64,000 nt of DNA from Oscillospiraceae bacterium. Its GTDB lineage: Bacteria > Bacillota > Clostridia > Oscillospirales > JAVBQB01. The notes under the pieces are model-generated. The model worked only from the letters and a program-made list of their open reading frames with translations. It did not search any database and was not told the origin of the DNA. The stretch is taken from contig JAVBQB010000003.1 of the NCBI GenBank assembly GCA_031549265.1, forward strand, positions 20,400-84,399, read 5' to 3'. Of this stretch, positions 28,344 through 37,463 are shown piece after piece (the stretch's first letter is position 1; every line of letters begins with the position of its first letter). A program made the translations under genes and the position numbers.

Positions 28344-28513
28344 CCTTTCACCGGCTCCAGCCGTCCGGAGACGCGAGCTTAATATCCGATATATGAGAAT
28401 GTAATTTATCCGCTGTGACTGCCGACGAATCCGCGTCTGTCCTCGCGGGCAACGGCGGAATTTGAGCGCCGCGGCAACTGGATATAATTAGATCCCAAAC
28501 CAATTGAACGAAA

Positions 28514-28553
28514 AGCGAGACGGCAGTCATTCCGCCGTCTCGCTGATATTTTT
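28514..28553. terminator. bidirectional terminator between convergent MCP genes
   Basis: Perfect 11-bp stem: AGCGAGACGGC (28514-28524) and GCCGTCTCGCT (28534-28544). T-runs lie on both sides (plus GATATTTTT, minus TTTTCGTT). Confidence 0.75.
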
Positions 28554-28560
28554 GCCTAAA

Positions 28561-30717
28561 TCAGTATTTCCCGTATCCGTTTTCGTCATACGGCGCTTCC
28601 GCCAGAGTCAGCTGCTGGGTCGGCGCCGGGCGCTGCGCGTGTGCCGACGGAGCCATCTCGGAACGCGAGTTGAGGTTGCCTTTCAGCTTGAACTGGCCGA
28701 TGACGTTTGCCAGCAGTACAGCCTGCGCCGAGAGGTCGCGCGACGCTGACGCGGACTCCTCCGCCGTCGCCGCGTTGGCCTGAACAACGTCCGAAACCTG
28801 CTCGATGCCGGACTCGATCTGCCTGATCGCGCTCGCCTGGCCGGAGCTCAGGTTGGATATTTCCATCACAATCTGGCTGGACTCGTTAATGCCGTCCACG
28901 ATTTTCTTGAGGCTGGCCGCCGTGTCTTTGGCGATGCGCGTGCCCAGCTCGGATTTTTCCATCGAGTTGGATATCAGCAGGCCGGTGTCTCTCGCGGCGT
29001 CGGCCGACTTGGCCGCAAGGCTGCGCACCTCCTCGGCGACGACGGCAAAGCCTTTGCCGAATTGCCCCGCACGGCTGGCCTCCACCGCGGCGTTAAGCGC
29101 CAGAATATTGGTCTGGAACGCCAGATCGTCGATTACTTTGATTACTTTGCTGATCGACGCGCTGGCCTCGTTGATCTCCAGCACGGATTTCATCATGTCG
29201 TCCATATGGCGGGAGCCCGTTTCGGCAATGGCCATGATTGACTGCGCGAGAGAGCTTGCCTTATTCGCCATTTCGGCGTTCTGCGCGGTGTGCGACGAGA
29301 CTTCGCCGATGTTGGACGACAGCTCCTCGACAGCGGCCGCCTGGCTGGTCGCGCCCTCGGCCAGATGCTGGCTGTCCTGCGCCACCTGCTCCGATCCGCC
29401 GGAAACCATGCGGCTTGCCTGATTGATCTCAGCGAAAACTTCGTTCAATTTGTCCACCAGAGTGACCAGGCTGTGTCCGACGACGTCCTTCTCCGACAGC
29501 GGCACCGGGTTAACCGAGAGGTCGCGGCTGGCGATGGAATTGAGTATCGCGGCCTGATTGGACATCGTGCCGACAACCTCGCCCATCGTGACGGCCAGCT
29601 CGCCGATCTCGTCCTTTGTATCAATGTTCACCGCAATATCGAGATCGCCAACAGCCAGCTTTTTGGCCGCCTGCGCCATCTGCCCCAGCGGCTTCGAAAT
29701 GCCTCTCGATACGATTATCGCGAATATCACGCCAATGGCTATCGCCGCGATCGCGATGATCAGTATAATAATAAACGACACCGTCGACGACTGCTTTGCT
29801 GTGTCGATTGACTTGAACGCGGCGTTGTCAAGCTGCTCCAGAAGGCCGGTCAGCACCGACATGAGTTTGGTTCTGGCGCTGTCCGCCGACGCGGTATCGG
29901 CATGGATCTGCTGGATCAGCGCGTAGAAGGTATCCATATTTTGCAGGTAAGCGAGCAAATCTCCGTGCGCTTCGGTCAGCATATCGCGGGTGCTGCCGGC
30001 CGATTCCTCAATCCGCTCGGAAACGCGCTTTTCAAATTCGATCCATTTCTCGCGGATTTCGCCAACGCCAGTGACGTCGCCCTTGTTAAGCAGCGGAACA
30101 ACCTGCCTGCGCAGGCTGGACAGCTCCATCTCAAGATCAGCAGCGGCAGCGGTCGCGATTCCGATACGTATAGCCTCTCCGACAGAGCCTCCGCTCACTT
30201 CCCCACCGGCGAGGGCTTCAAGCCGCTTTGCCTCTACTCCGTACATTTCGTGGAACGAGTCCGTCATTTTCGCGCCCTTAGCGGCGTTGTCGGCGTATAT
30301 CGCAGTTTGCTGCTCGCGGCCGGACTGAACGCTGTCAATCGCGGAATCATATGTATCGAGCGCGGATTGGATTTCACTGATTTCGTCCGAGTACTCCTTG
30401 AGGATGGAATTTTCGTTCACCAGCCTGCTCAGCGCGCTTGCCTCGGCTTTCGCCTTGTCGATCTCACCGGCAAACTCCGTGTACATCTGATCGCTCTCGA
30501 CATTGGAAAGTACCGACGCGGCTGCCCGCGCGTTATTAAAGTTGTCGAGCATAGTGTTTGACTGGACATTGAATTTGACGACGGCTTCGATGTCGTTTAC
30601 GTTGCCGATATTGCCGAGGCTGGATACCGCCACCACGACGGTGACAATAAGCAGAGCCAGGATGACAATGGCGAATCCCAAAAAGATCTTTGTCCTCACC
30701 CGCAAGTTTTTTAACAA
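28561..30717 (-). CDS. methyl-accepting chemotaxis protein
   Basis: TTG at 30717 after a G-rich RBS. Same architecture as the 26205 MCP. Signalling hairpin [37 protein letters not shown]. The tail ends in GYGKY. Confidence 0.9.
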   Translation of the reverse strand: MLKNLRVRTKIFLGFAIVILALLIVTVVVAVSSLGNIGNVNDIEAVVKFNVQSNTMLDNFNNARAAASVLSNVESDQMYTEFAGEIDKAKAEASALSRLVNENSILKEYSDEISEIQSALDTYDSAIDSVQSGREQQTAIYADNAAKGAKMTDSFHEMYGVEAKRLEALAGGEVSGGSVGEAIRIGIATAAAADLEMELSSLRRQVVPLLNKGDVTGVGEIREKWIEFEKRVSERIEESAGSTRDMLTEAHGDLLAYLQNMDTFYALIQQIHADTASADSARTKLMSVLTGLLEQLDNAAFKSIDTAKQSSTVSFIIILIIAIAAIAIGVIFAIIVSRGISKPLGQMAQAAKKLAVGDLDIAVNIDTKDEIGELAVTMGEVVGTMSNQAAILNSIASRDLSVNPVPLSEKDVVGHSLVTLVDKLNEVFAEINQASRMVSGGSEQVAQDSQHLAEGATSQAAAVEELSSNIGEVSSHTAQNAEMANKASSLAQSIMAIAETGSRHMDDMMKSVLEINEASASISKVIKVIDDLAFQTNILALNAAVEASRAGQFGKGFAVVAEEVRSLAAKSADAARDTGLLISNSMEKSELGTRIAKDTAASLKKIVDGINESSQIVMEISNLSSGQASAIRQIESGIEQVSDVVQANAATAEESASASRDLSAQAVLLANVIGQFKLKGNLNSRSEMAPSAHAQRPAPTQQLTLAEAPYDENGYGKY

Positions 30718-30889
30718 AACCGTTCCCCCCGTTTGAATAATTTGAACAAAGCAACCGGTGCTTAAAATTTCATTGCGTATGGTAACAATTTTATATTAAA
30801 TAAAATGTCGTGTCAACGCCGGATGCCATAATTTGGTGAAAAATGTTCGAAAATATGCTCTTTTTGCGAAAGACTGGTGAATTTCGATC

Positions 30890-30918
30890 TTGCGCGCCGG
30901 TTTGGAAAGAGATATAAT
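30890..30918 (+). promoter_or_regulatory. candidate promoter for the zinc-ribbon gene
   Basis: TTGCGC (30890-30895), 17-nt spacer, TATAAT (30913-30918), about 115 nt upstream of the ATG at 31033. Confidence 0.45.
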
Positions 30919-31032
30919 CCGTATAGGCAGACAAGACGCTTGCCAGGCGCATTCCTTTGCGCCGCAATACATAAAGCGGGCGTGACCCGGTCGGAAAGCC
31001 GGCGCGCTATTAATCCAGCTGCGGAGGTATAC

Positions 31033-31506
31033 ATGGCGAACAACTTTATGAACAGCATCAACGGCTTTATGAACGACGTCAAGGGCTTCATCAAAAACGA
31101 CCCCTATGACAGCGATATCAGGCAGATCGAATCGGAACTGGCCGGTCTGAAAGCGCAGGAAAGGGAGATATTTACGGAGATCGGCAGACTCGCGGTTGAA
31201 AAATACGGGCGGGATCAGTTCGGCGAGCACTCCGACAATCTTCAAATCACGCAGGATAACATAACCGCCGCCGAGGCAAAACTCCAGGCCGCGATCGCCG
31301 CCAAGGCGGAAGCCGAACGCGCCGCCGCCGAGGCCGCTCAAACGCCTGTCTGCCCGTCCTGCGGTTACCGCAACGCTCCGAACGCCGCTTTCTGCACCGA
31401 GTGCGGCGCCGGACTCGCCGCCCCCGCGAAAATCTTTTGCGTCGAATGCGGTACCGAAGCAAACCCAGGCGCGCGCTTCTGCGGCAAGTGCGGAAGTAAA
31501 CTTTAA
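31033..31506 (+). CDS. coiled-coil protein with C-terminal double zinc ribbon
   Basis: ATG at 31033 after GGAGGT. C-terminus has CPSCGYRNAPNAAFCTECG and CVECGTEANPGARFCGKCG (two CxxC...CxxC ribbons). Confidence 0.75.
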   Translation: MANNFMNSINGFMNDVKGFIKNDPYDSDIRQIESELAGLKAQEREIFTEIGRLAVEKYGRDQFGEHSDNLQITQDNITAAEAKLQAAIAAKAEAERAAAEAAQTPVCPSCGYRNAPNAAFCTECGAGLAAPAKIFCVECGTEANPGARFCGKCGSKL

Positions 31507-31701
31507 GGCTAATTCAAGTCGTTTTTTGCGATTTGTAAGAACGTTGGCGCGTTATTTGTATCGTGGACTCTCAATACGAGATAGCCGCCGTTTTGAGGCG
31601 GGATTTTCGCGAGCCTCGTGACTCCCATGCCCCCGGCTGCGCAACCGATGACAAAGTTAAGGCTGGCGTGCGGATAACTACCGTACGTCAGCCTTGATTG
31701 T

Positions 31702-32265
31702 TCAGTTCTGCTCCCGCAGCGGGGTCAGTCTGCCTTGCCTGACCGCGTCCGCGAACGTTATGGTTCCTCCCGCGATGTCATGGAGCACCGGCGAATACTG
31801 CTCGATCTGCGAAAGGATGACATCGACAGTCAAATCCAGCCGCACGAGGCTGTCGACGATGTTCTCCTTCTCGAAAATCAGCATTGTATACCGGCAGTAC
31901 ATCAGCCGCTCGTCCGGGTAATATCCGTGGCAGCCCAGCACCGAGAACATGTTGACGCTTTCAAACGCGCCGGCAAGCTGGAGCATGTCCGCAGGATCGG
32001 CGTCCAGGCGCGATGTAGTCATTATCTGGAGCAGGTGGTTGACCCGCTCACCGTCGTCATCCGGGCTGAGGAAGCTGATCTGTATAGCGTGCTTACGGCC
32101 GCCGTCGTCCGTATGAAATATGCAGCACGAGTCAAACGGAGCCGCGCCGCTCTCGCTGTCTAAAAACGCCGCTTCCAGCCGTTTTTTGATCCCGTTCGTG
32201 AAGTCCAGGAGGTATTTGCGCTCAAATGCCGACACCAAATCACCCGCAATCAAGTAAGAAATCAA
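31702..32265 (-). CDS. hypothetical protein (187 aa)
   Basis: Long ORF with host-like codon usage. The only start is TTG at 32265, with a weak RBS. No family recognised (a faint YbjN/chaperone-like impression only). Confidence 0.5.
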   Translation of the reverse strand: MISYLIAGDLVSAFERKYLLDFTNGIKKRLEAAFLDSESGAAPFDSCCIFHTDDGGRKHAIQISFLSPDDDGERVNHLLQIMTTSRLDADPADMLQLAGAFESVNMFSVLGCHGYYPDERLMYCRYTMLIFEKENIVDSLVRLDLTVDVILSQIEQYSPVLHDIAGGTITFADAVRQGRLTPLREQN

Positions 32266-32713
32266 GCGGACACCCGGATAATTTTCCCAGATTCGCTCTG
32301 ATTTTTAATATCATAACACACGGCGGCGTCCGCGTCAATTATGTGTACCTTCGAAACTCGGCCGGAAAAATGACCGTTTTTTTATGTTTTTTGTCCGTAT
32401 AATAATTCCCGTTAGTCAAAGAATAATGCCTGAAAACAAAAAGAAATGGAGCCATGACATGTCAAAAGACATCGACAAGATCGACAATTCCGACCGCATT
32501 GAGCAGCTGACCAACATGACGCTGAATTACCCTCAGGCCAAAGCCTCACTCTGCCGAATGAAGGAAATGCACAAAAACAGGCAGAACAAAAATACAAAGA
32601 TTATGCCCTAACGGCCGCCGCGCCCTGTCCGCACTCACCGGACGGGGCGCGGTTGCGTTTGCGGGGAAACGGAGAGTTTGCTTTGCGGTTGACAGTATGC
32701 TATTATTGGGGTT

Positions 32714-33154
32714 ATGGTATTTGTACGCAGGAGAGGAGGAGTTAGTCTGGAAACCCTTAAAGACTATGAAAGCGGGCTGAGATCGCTGGTGTACAGCGCT
32801 CATGGCGTCGAATATTTACCCATTGAAAGCTTCAAAAAGGCGAAAAAAGTTACAGATGCATGTGTTATTTTTGAGGGAGATTACGGCGGACAGATATATT
32901 TAACTTGTCCTATGAAATATGTACGCTGCTCCGAAGTAGAACTACTCGGTCTTCTGGTTTATATTGACAAAATGCAATGGAATATAGAAGATGGCCGACG
33001 AGTTTTTTATGAGATACTTCCGATTGGTTCTGTCGTAGCTGGCGGTATGGGTGGCGGCATTGTTGCCGACGGGTTATGGCTGCATAAAAGAATATCTGCA
33101 CCAGAAATTAGAGATTACATTATTGATATAGTTTGCAATGCTCACACCAAATAA
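32714..33154 (+). CDS. hypothetical protein in an AT-rich islet (146 aa)
   Basis: The ORF spans a visibly AT-rich stretch. A strong purine-rich RBS-like run (AGGAGAGGAGGAG, about 32729-32741) lies inside the annotated 5' end, so the start is uncertain. No family recognised. Confidence 0.5.
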   Translation: MVFVRRRGGVSLETLKDYESGLRSLVYSAHGVEYLPIESFKKAKKVTDACVIFEGDYGGQIYLTCPMKYVRCSEVELLGLLVYIDKMQWNIEDGRRVFYEILPIGSVVAGGMGGGIVADGLWLHKRISAPEIRDYIIDIVCNAHTK

Positions 33155-33168
33155 CCGCTACATACGCG

Positions 33169-33195
33169 ACAGCCGGACGAGATTCGTCCGGCTGT
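33169..33195. terminator. hairpin between convergent genes
   Basis: Perfect 12-bp stem ACAGCCGGACGA / TCGTCCGGCTGT with a 3-nt loop. The U-tract is weak. Confidence 0.5.
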
Positions 33196-33253
33196 TCTAC
33201 TTCGTCTGAAAGGCCACCCTTCAGGCGTATTCTTTTTTCCTCCGCCATATCTC

Positions 33254-35689
33254 TTACGTCATTTTCACGGCGGCTTTGATGTCGGGGGCTTTGACGGTGT
33301 CTTTGATTACGTTGGTGATGAACTGCGCGGCTTCGGCGCGGGTGGAGGCGCCTGCGGGATTCAGACTGCCGCCGCTGCCCTGAACCAGTCCCCGGCCTAC
33401 CAGTGCAAGCATCGCCTCGGCGGCGTATTCGGATATGTCCGCCGCGTCGTTGAACTCACTGAGAGCCATGCCGCCCTCGGGCGTTTCGATCAGATAATAG
33501 CTCTTCATCAGATTGTATGTGACCGTGAACATGTCCTCGCGGGTTATCGGCGCGTTCGGCAGGAAGCTTTCGCCGTCGCCGCCGGCAACGATGCCCATGG
33601 CTCTGGCTTTGTTAACGGCAGTCTCCGCCCAGACGGGGATATCGGCCTGATCCGCCGCCGGTTCAGGCATCCACTGCCCTTTGACGCTCACGTCAAACGC
33701 TCTCATCAGCATCGTCACAAATTGCGCTCTCGTAACCGGGCTCTGCGGGTCGAACCTGTTGCCGCCGACGCCGTTCATTATCCCGCGCGCACCGACGTAG
33801 CCCGCCGCGTCCTCCATCCAGCCGCCGGTGACGTCGTCAAACTCGACTTTGTTGTAGATAACGTCATAATGGCCGCCGTGATTGACAAACGCGGTCGCTA
33901 CGCCGCCGTCATACGTGCTGAGCGCGACCAGCTTCGGCTCGCCGCTCTCCAGCTTTTCGTAAACAACAAGGCAATCCGGATCTTCGATATCTGCGGGCGC
34001 GAACGGAACGGTCAGCGTAACCGGCGCCGTGTACAGCAGCCAGTTTACGGGCTTGCCATCGCTGATGACGTCCAGCTTGACGCTGCCCCTTTCCAGACGG
34101 AAGGTGATATCCGTATCGGGGCTGAATGTGAACGTCTCGCCTCCGACAGTCACGGACGTGAGGTCGGGGGAAGTTCGGTCGGTCGCCGCCATCGCAAGCT
34201 CAAGCAGCGTGCGTCCCGACACCGTGAAGCTGCCGAGGCCATCGACGTTGACGGTGAGCGTTTTATCGGCGTTTTTGGCAAACCACCCGACAGGCAGCGT
34301 CACCGACGCGAGGTCGGAGGCCGGATATGTCAGGGCGGCGCTGACGGAGTCTCCGAAGAGCGCGTCCAGGCTGGCCACAGTCAGGTTTCTGGCCAACGGA
34401 GACGTGGGCGCAACTGGCGCGGCTGCTGGTGCGGCCGGAGTGATTGGCGCGCTGACTATGGTCGGACTAGACGGCGCGCCTGCCTGATTAATGGTGATCT
34501 TGTTCGAAACAGCGCCCAGCAGGCCGAACTCTACCTCAATTACGCGCGGGGCACTGCCGGGATTCGGAGCTATCAGAAATTCGATCTCGTCCGGTGCGCG
34601 GCCACGCTCGTCCGCCTCAAACGGATAGTTTCCGTGACGCGCCGGACTCAGGATCGCGACGCGCGGATCGCTGTCGAACGCTCCCAGTGTGACCTGATTT
34701 TTGCCCGGAGCCGAACCGTCGCCCGGCTGCGCGTTAAACGAGAGGACGTCCTGCGTTTCCGCGTTCAGCGCCGCTCCGTCCACCGTTACCGAGGTGAACT
34801 GCACGTCCCTCTGGTACGGCTTGCCCGCCTCGCCGGGGAGTAAGTCGTCTATAAATGAACCCGCGCTGCTGAGCTTCACGGTTTTCCTGCCGCCCGCCTT
34901 GGGGACAGCTCCCGTGTCACCGGCAACCGCGGCGGAGAGGGCGGGATTGGCGGACTGCGCGACTGATATTGTTGTCTCCGCACCGCCCAGACCGAACTTA
35001 AGGTCGATTACGCGTCCGGCTCCCGGATTATATGGGATGACGGCCGTGATATCGCCGTCGGCAGACCCGTCGATCGCCCCGTTGTACGGATGACCCGGTA
35101 CCGGGTACGTGATAGCGACCGCGCTGTCGCTCAACGTTACGCCCTGTACGGGTCTCGCCGCCAAGCCCGCGCCCGTCACGGCGGATAAGAGGCTGACGTC
35201 GGCGGAGGTTATGACGTCGGGGTTCGCGCCCAAATAGAGATTGCCACCGAGGAGCGTCAGGCTTATTTCCCCTCCGGCGTAGGTCATGTTAATCGCCGAT
35301 CCCGTGGAACAGCTCAGTCTCGGCGCGCCTTTCTGGTAGCGCGTTCCAATTCCAGTCTTGCCTCCGGAATCCTCTAACGTGACCGCTATCTCGCGATAAT
35401 CGCCCGTATTTTCCGGCACCTCGACCGTCAGTGAGAGGCTTCCATCAGTGTCCACGGCGACTGACGGCCAGATAATAAAATTACTGCCTGAAGTGATTAC
35501 GACGGGCCCCGCCGAGAAACCCATTCCCATAAATGTCACCGACCCGCCGCCGGTTGGGACGGGATTATCCTCTTTGCCATCGTAAGACTCCCCGGCCTGA
35601 GCGCCCGGCGGCGCTGTCGCCGCGAGGCCTAATATGAAGCAGAGCGCCAGCAGAAACGCCGCCGCCCGCGAGCCCGTTCTTCTCGTCAT
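33254..35689 (-). CDS. S-layer-homology (SLH) domain cell-wall protein with repeated Ig/BACON-like modules
   Basis: ATG after GGAGGA. Signal peptide with AAFLLALCFILGLAATAPPGAQA. Internal repeats end in ...NPGAGRVIDLKFGLGG..TISVAQ and ...NPGSAPRVIEVEFGLLG..ITINQ. Three C-terminal SLH repeats: FDDVTGGWMEDAAGYV..., ...WAETAVNKARAMGIVAG..., FNDAADISEYAAEAMLALVGRGLVQG... Confidence 0.85.
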   Translation of the reverse strand: MTRRTGSRAAAFLLALCFILGLAATAPPGAQAGESYDGKEDNPVPTGGGSVTFMGMGFSAGPVVITSGSNFIIWPSVAVDTDGSLSLTVEVPENTGDYREIAVTLEDSGGKTGIGTRYQKGAPRLSCSTGSAINMTYAGGEISLTLLGGNLYLGANPDVITSADVSLLSAVTGAGLAARPVQGVTLSDSAVAITYPVPGHPYNGAIDGSADGDITAVIPYNPGAGRVIDLKFGLGGAETTISVAQSANPALSAAVAGDTGAVPKAGGRKTVKLSSAGSFIDDLLPGEAGKPYQRDVQFTSVTVDGAALNAETQDVLSFNAQPGDGSAPGKNQVTLGAFDSDPRVAILSPARHGNYPFEADERGRAPDEIEFLIAPNPGSAPRVIEVEFGLLGAVSNKITINQAGAPSSPTIVSAPITPAAPAAAPVAPTSPLARNLTVASLDALFGDSVSAALTYPASDLASVTLPVGWFAKNADKTLTVNVDGLGSFTVSGRTLLELAMAATDRTSPDLTSVTVGGETFTFSPDTDITFRLERGSVKLDVISDGKPVNWLLYTAPVTLTVPFAPADIEDPDCLVVYEKLESGEPKLVALSTYDGGVATAFVNHGGHYDVIYNKVEFDDVTGGWMEDAAGYVGARGIMNGVGGNRFDPQSPVTRAQFVTMLMRAFDVSVKGQWMPEPAADQADIPVWAETAVNKARAMGIVAGGDGESFLPNAPITREDMFTVTYNLMKSYYLIETPEGGMALSEFNDAADISEYAAEAMLALVGRGLVQGSGGSLNPAGASTRAEAAQFITNVIKDTVKAPDIKAAVKMT

Positions 35690-35823
35690 TGGTCATCCTC
35701 CGTTAATCGTATGTATTCTGATATAATAGCATAAAATAGCCTGAAATGGAACAAAAAACCCGCTCGCGCGGCGTATAAAGACTGATTGCCATCGCGAGTG
35801 TGCTCCGTTTTGGTATAAATGCC

Positions 35824-35865
35824 AATAAAAACGCAATCCCCGCCGATTTGTCAGCAGGGATTGCG
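35824..35865 (-). terminator. rho-independent terminator after the CofE-like gene
   Basis: On the minus strand, CGCAATCCC - 16-nt loop - GGGATTGCG is followed by TTTTTATT. Confidence 0.65.
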
Positions 35866-35925
35866 CGAATTATGTCAGTGTACAGTCAGAACCGCAGCCG
35901 TCCGGAAAATCCGATTCGGAAACGG

Positions 35926-37113
35926 TTAATGTGAAAAGTTGTCGAAATAACCCTGAATCAGTATCATCGGCGTGCCTTTGTCGCCGCTGCCGGAGGTCAG
36001 GTCGCACAGCGATCCGATCAGGTCGGTGATCTTGCGCGGAGTCGTGCCCTGCGCCAGCATCGAGCCGACCAGGCTGCCCTCCTTGGCGCGGATTTCGCCC
36101 TTGATCGCCGAGGTCAGCTCCTCGCCACGCAGATCGGCAAAGCTGTTGTCGGCCAGGTATTTGAGCTTCAGCTCGTTTGGCGTTCCCTCCAGCCCCGAGG
36201 TGTAGGCAGGAGAGACAACTGGGTCGGCCAGTTCCCAAACCTTGGCTACCGAGTCCTTGAAAGCGCCGTCGCCGTAAATCATGACTTCGATCTGCTTGCC
36301 GGTTTGCTTTTTAAGCTCCGCGGCAAGTCTTTCGACAAAAGGCTGTCCGTCTCTGGGAAAGAGCTTAACCCGCTCGTCGGTCGCCTTATTGGAGCCGAGC
36401 AGGCCGAATTCTGGATTGAACCCGCTGCCGTCCACGCTCGCGGTCAGGATCTGATCCAGCCCGACTACGCTGGCGGCTCCGGCGGCCTTCATGCGCCGTT
36501 TGGTGCGCGCGCGTTCGTGGATATCGCAGACCAGCACGTGCGGGCAGCGTTTTACCACCTCGGCGGCGCTGTTAGTGAAAACGAACGCGACCTCCGCTCC
36601 CTGGGCGGTGACCAGCTTCTCATAGAACTCCACGTAGTCGATGCCGGTGAACGGATGCAGCGTATTGCCGAAGGACTTTCTGTACTCTGCGATGTCAAAC
36701 GTATCGGTCATGTTCTTGCCCGAGCTCTCGAGCGCATCTTCGTCAAACAGCGCGTTACCGACCTCGTCGCGCGGGAAGCTCAGCGCGATCAGGACTTTTT
36801 TCGCGCCGCGTGCAATGCCGGAAAGCATGGTGGCAAACCGGTTGCGGGAGAGGATGGGGAAAGCGACCGCAAGCTCGCCGCCCGGAAATTTCTTCTTAAT
36901 GTCGGCGGCTATCTGGTCGATATTCGCGTAGTTTCCCTGCGCGCGCGCCACAACCGCCTCTGTTATCGCCACCACATCGCGGTCGTTAAACTCAAACTGC
37001 TCCTGCTTCGCGCAGTCCAGCAGACATTCAACCGCCATCTGGCATAAATCATCGCCTTGAACAATGACAGGCATGCGTACGCCCCTGACGACTGTTCCAA
37101 CTGTTCTTCCCAT
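35926..37113 (-). CDS. CofE / F420-0:gamma-glutamyl ligase-like family protein (COG1478-like)
   Basis: 395-aa ORF. The N-terminal pattern MPVIVQGDDL...DRDVVAITEAVVARAQGN and the later GLLGSN and VMIYGDGAFKD resemble the CofE fold as I remember it. Not verified. Confidence 0.45.
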   Translation of the reverse strand: MGRTVGTVVRGVRMPVIVQGDDLCQMAVECLLDCAKQEQFEFNDRDVVAITEAVVARAQGNYANIDQIAADIKKKFPGGELAVAFPILSRNRFATMLSGIARGAKKVLIALSFPRDEVGNALFDEDALESSGKNMTDTFDIAEYRKSFGNTLHPFTGIDYVEFYEKLVTAQGAEVAFVFTNSAAEVVKRCPHVLVCDIHERARTKRRMKAAGAASVVGLDQILTASVDGSGFNPEFGLLGSNKATDERVKLFPRDGQPFVERLAAELKKQTGKQIEVMIYGDGAFKDSVAKVWELADPVVSPAYTSGLEGTPNELKLKYLADNSFADLRGEELTSAIKGEIRAKEGSLVGSMLAQGTTPRKITDLIGSLCDLTSGSGDKGTPMILIQGYFDNFSH

Positions 37114-37463
37114 TAGGGTTCAGCTCCTTTAGAAGATGTGCGCCGAATTTTTCGGGGCAGGCAAAAGCGCCACTGGATATTATACCGTATCCTGCGAGGT
37201 CTTTCAACTGTTTTTTCTATATTGCGACTGCGGGTATCGCCGCCTGTCCGGGAACCCGGAAAGCGCGTTTGGAAGGCGGGCGCGCACGCCGGAATACCGG
37301 CTTATGGTATACGCTCGGTTATATAACCTATTATCAATACATATTTTAGCCAGGGTATCCGATTTCCTGATAACAATTTGTTATATCAAGAAACAATATT
37401 AGTCCGAGACATTCGCGCACATTGTTGGTATAATGTTTTCATTCATAACCGCGAGGTGAGCAC

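Noticed and set aside
27700-29200. Imperfect inverted repeat of several hundred bp, about 1.1 kb apart, which looked like possible mobile-element ends or an invertible segment.
   Set aside because: It is simply the conserved signalling-hairpin coding region of two convergent paralogous MCP genes. Shared runs such as ACGAGGCCAGCGCGTCGAT and GTCGTCGCCGAGG follow codon positions. There is no recombinase and no terminal-repeat structure.
30919-31032. GC-rich structured 5' leader of the zinc-ribbon gene, with a segment (GGGCGTGACCCGG...GGAAAGCCGG) faintly reminiscent of the ZTP/pfl riboswitch.
   Set aside because: The conserved 3' sub-domain (CCGCCTGGGC-type pseudoknot partner) is absent, and the downstream gene is unrelated to purine or folate metabolism.
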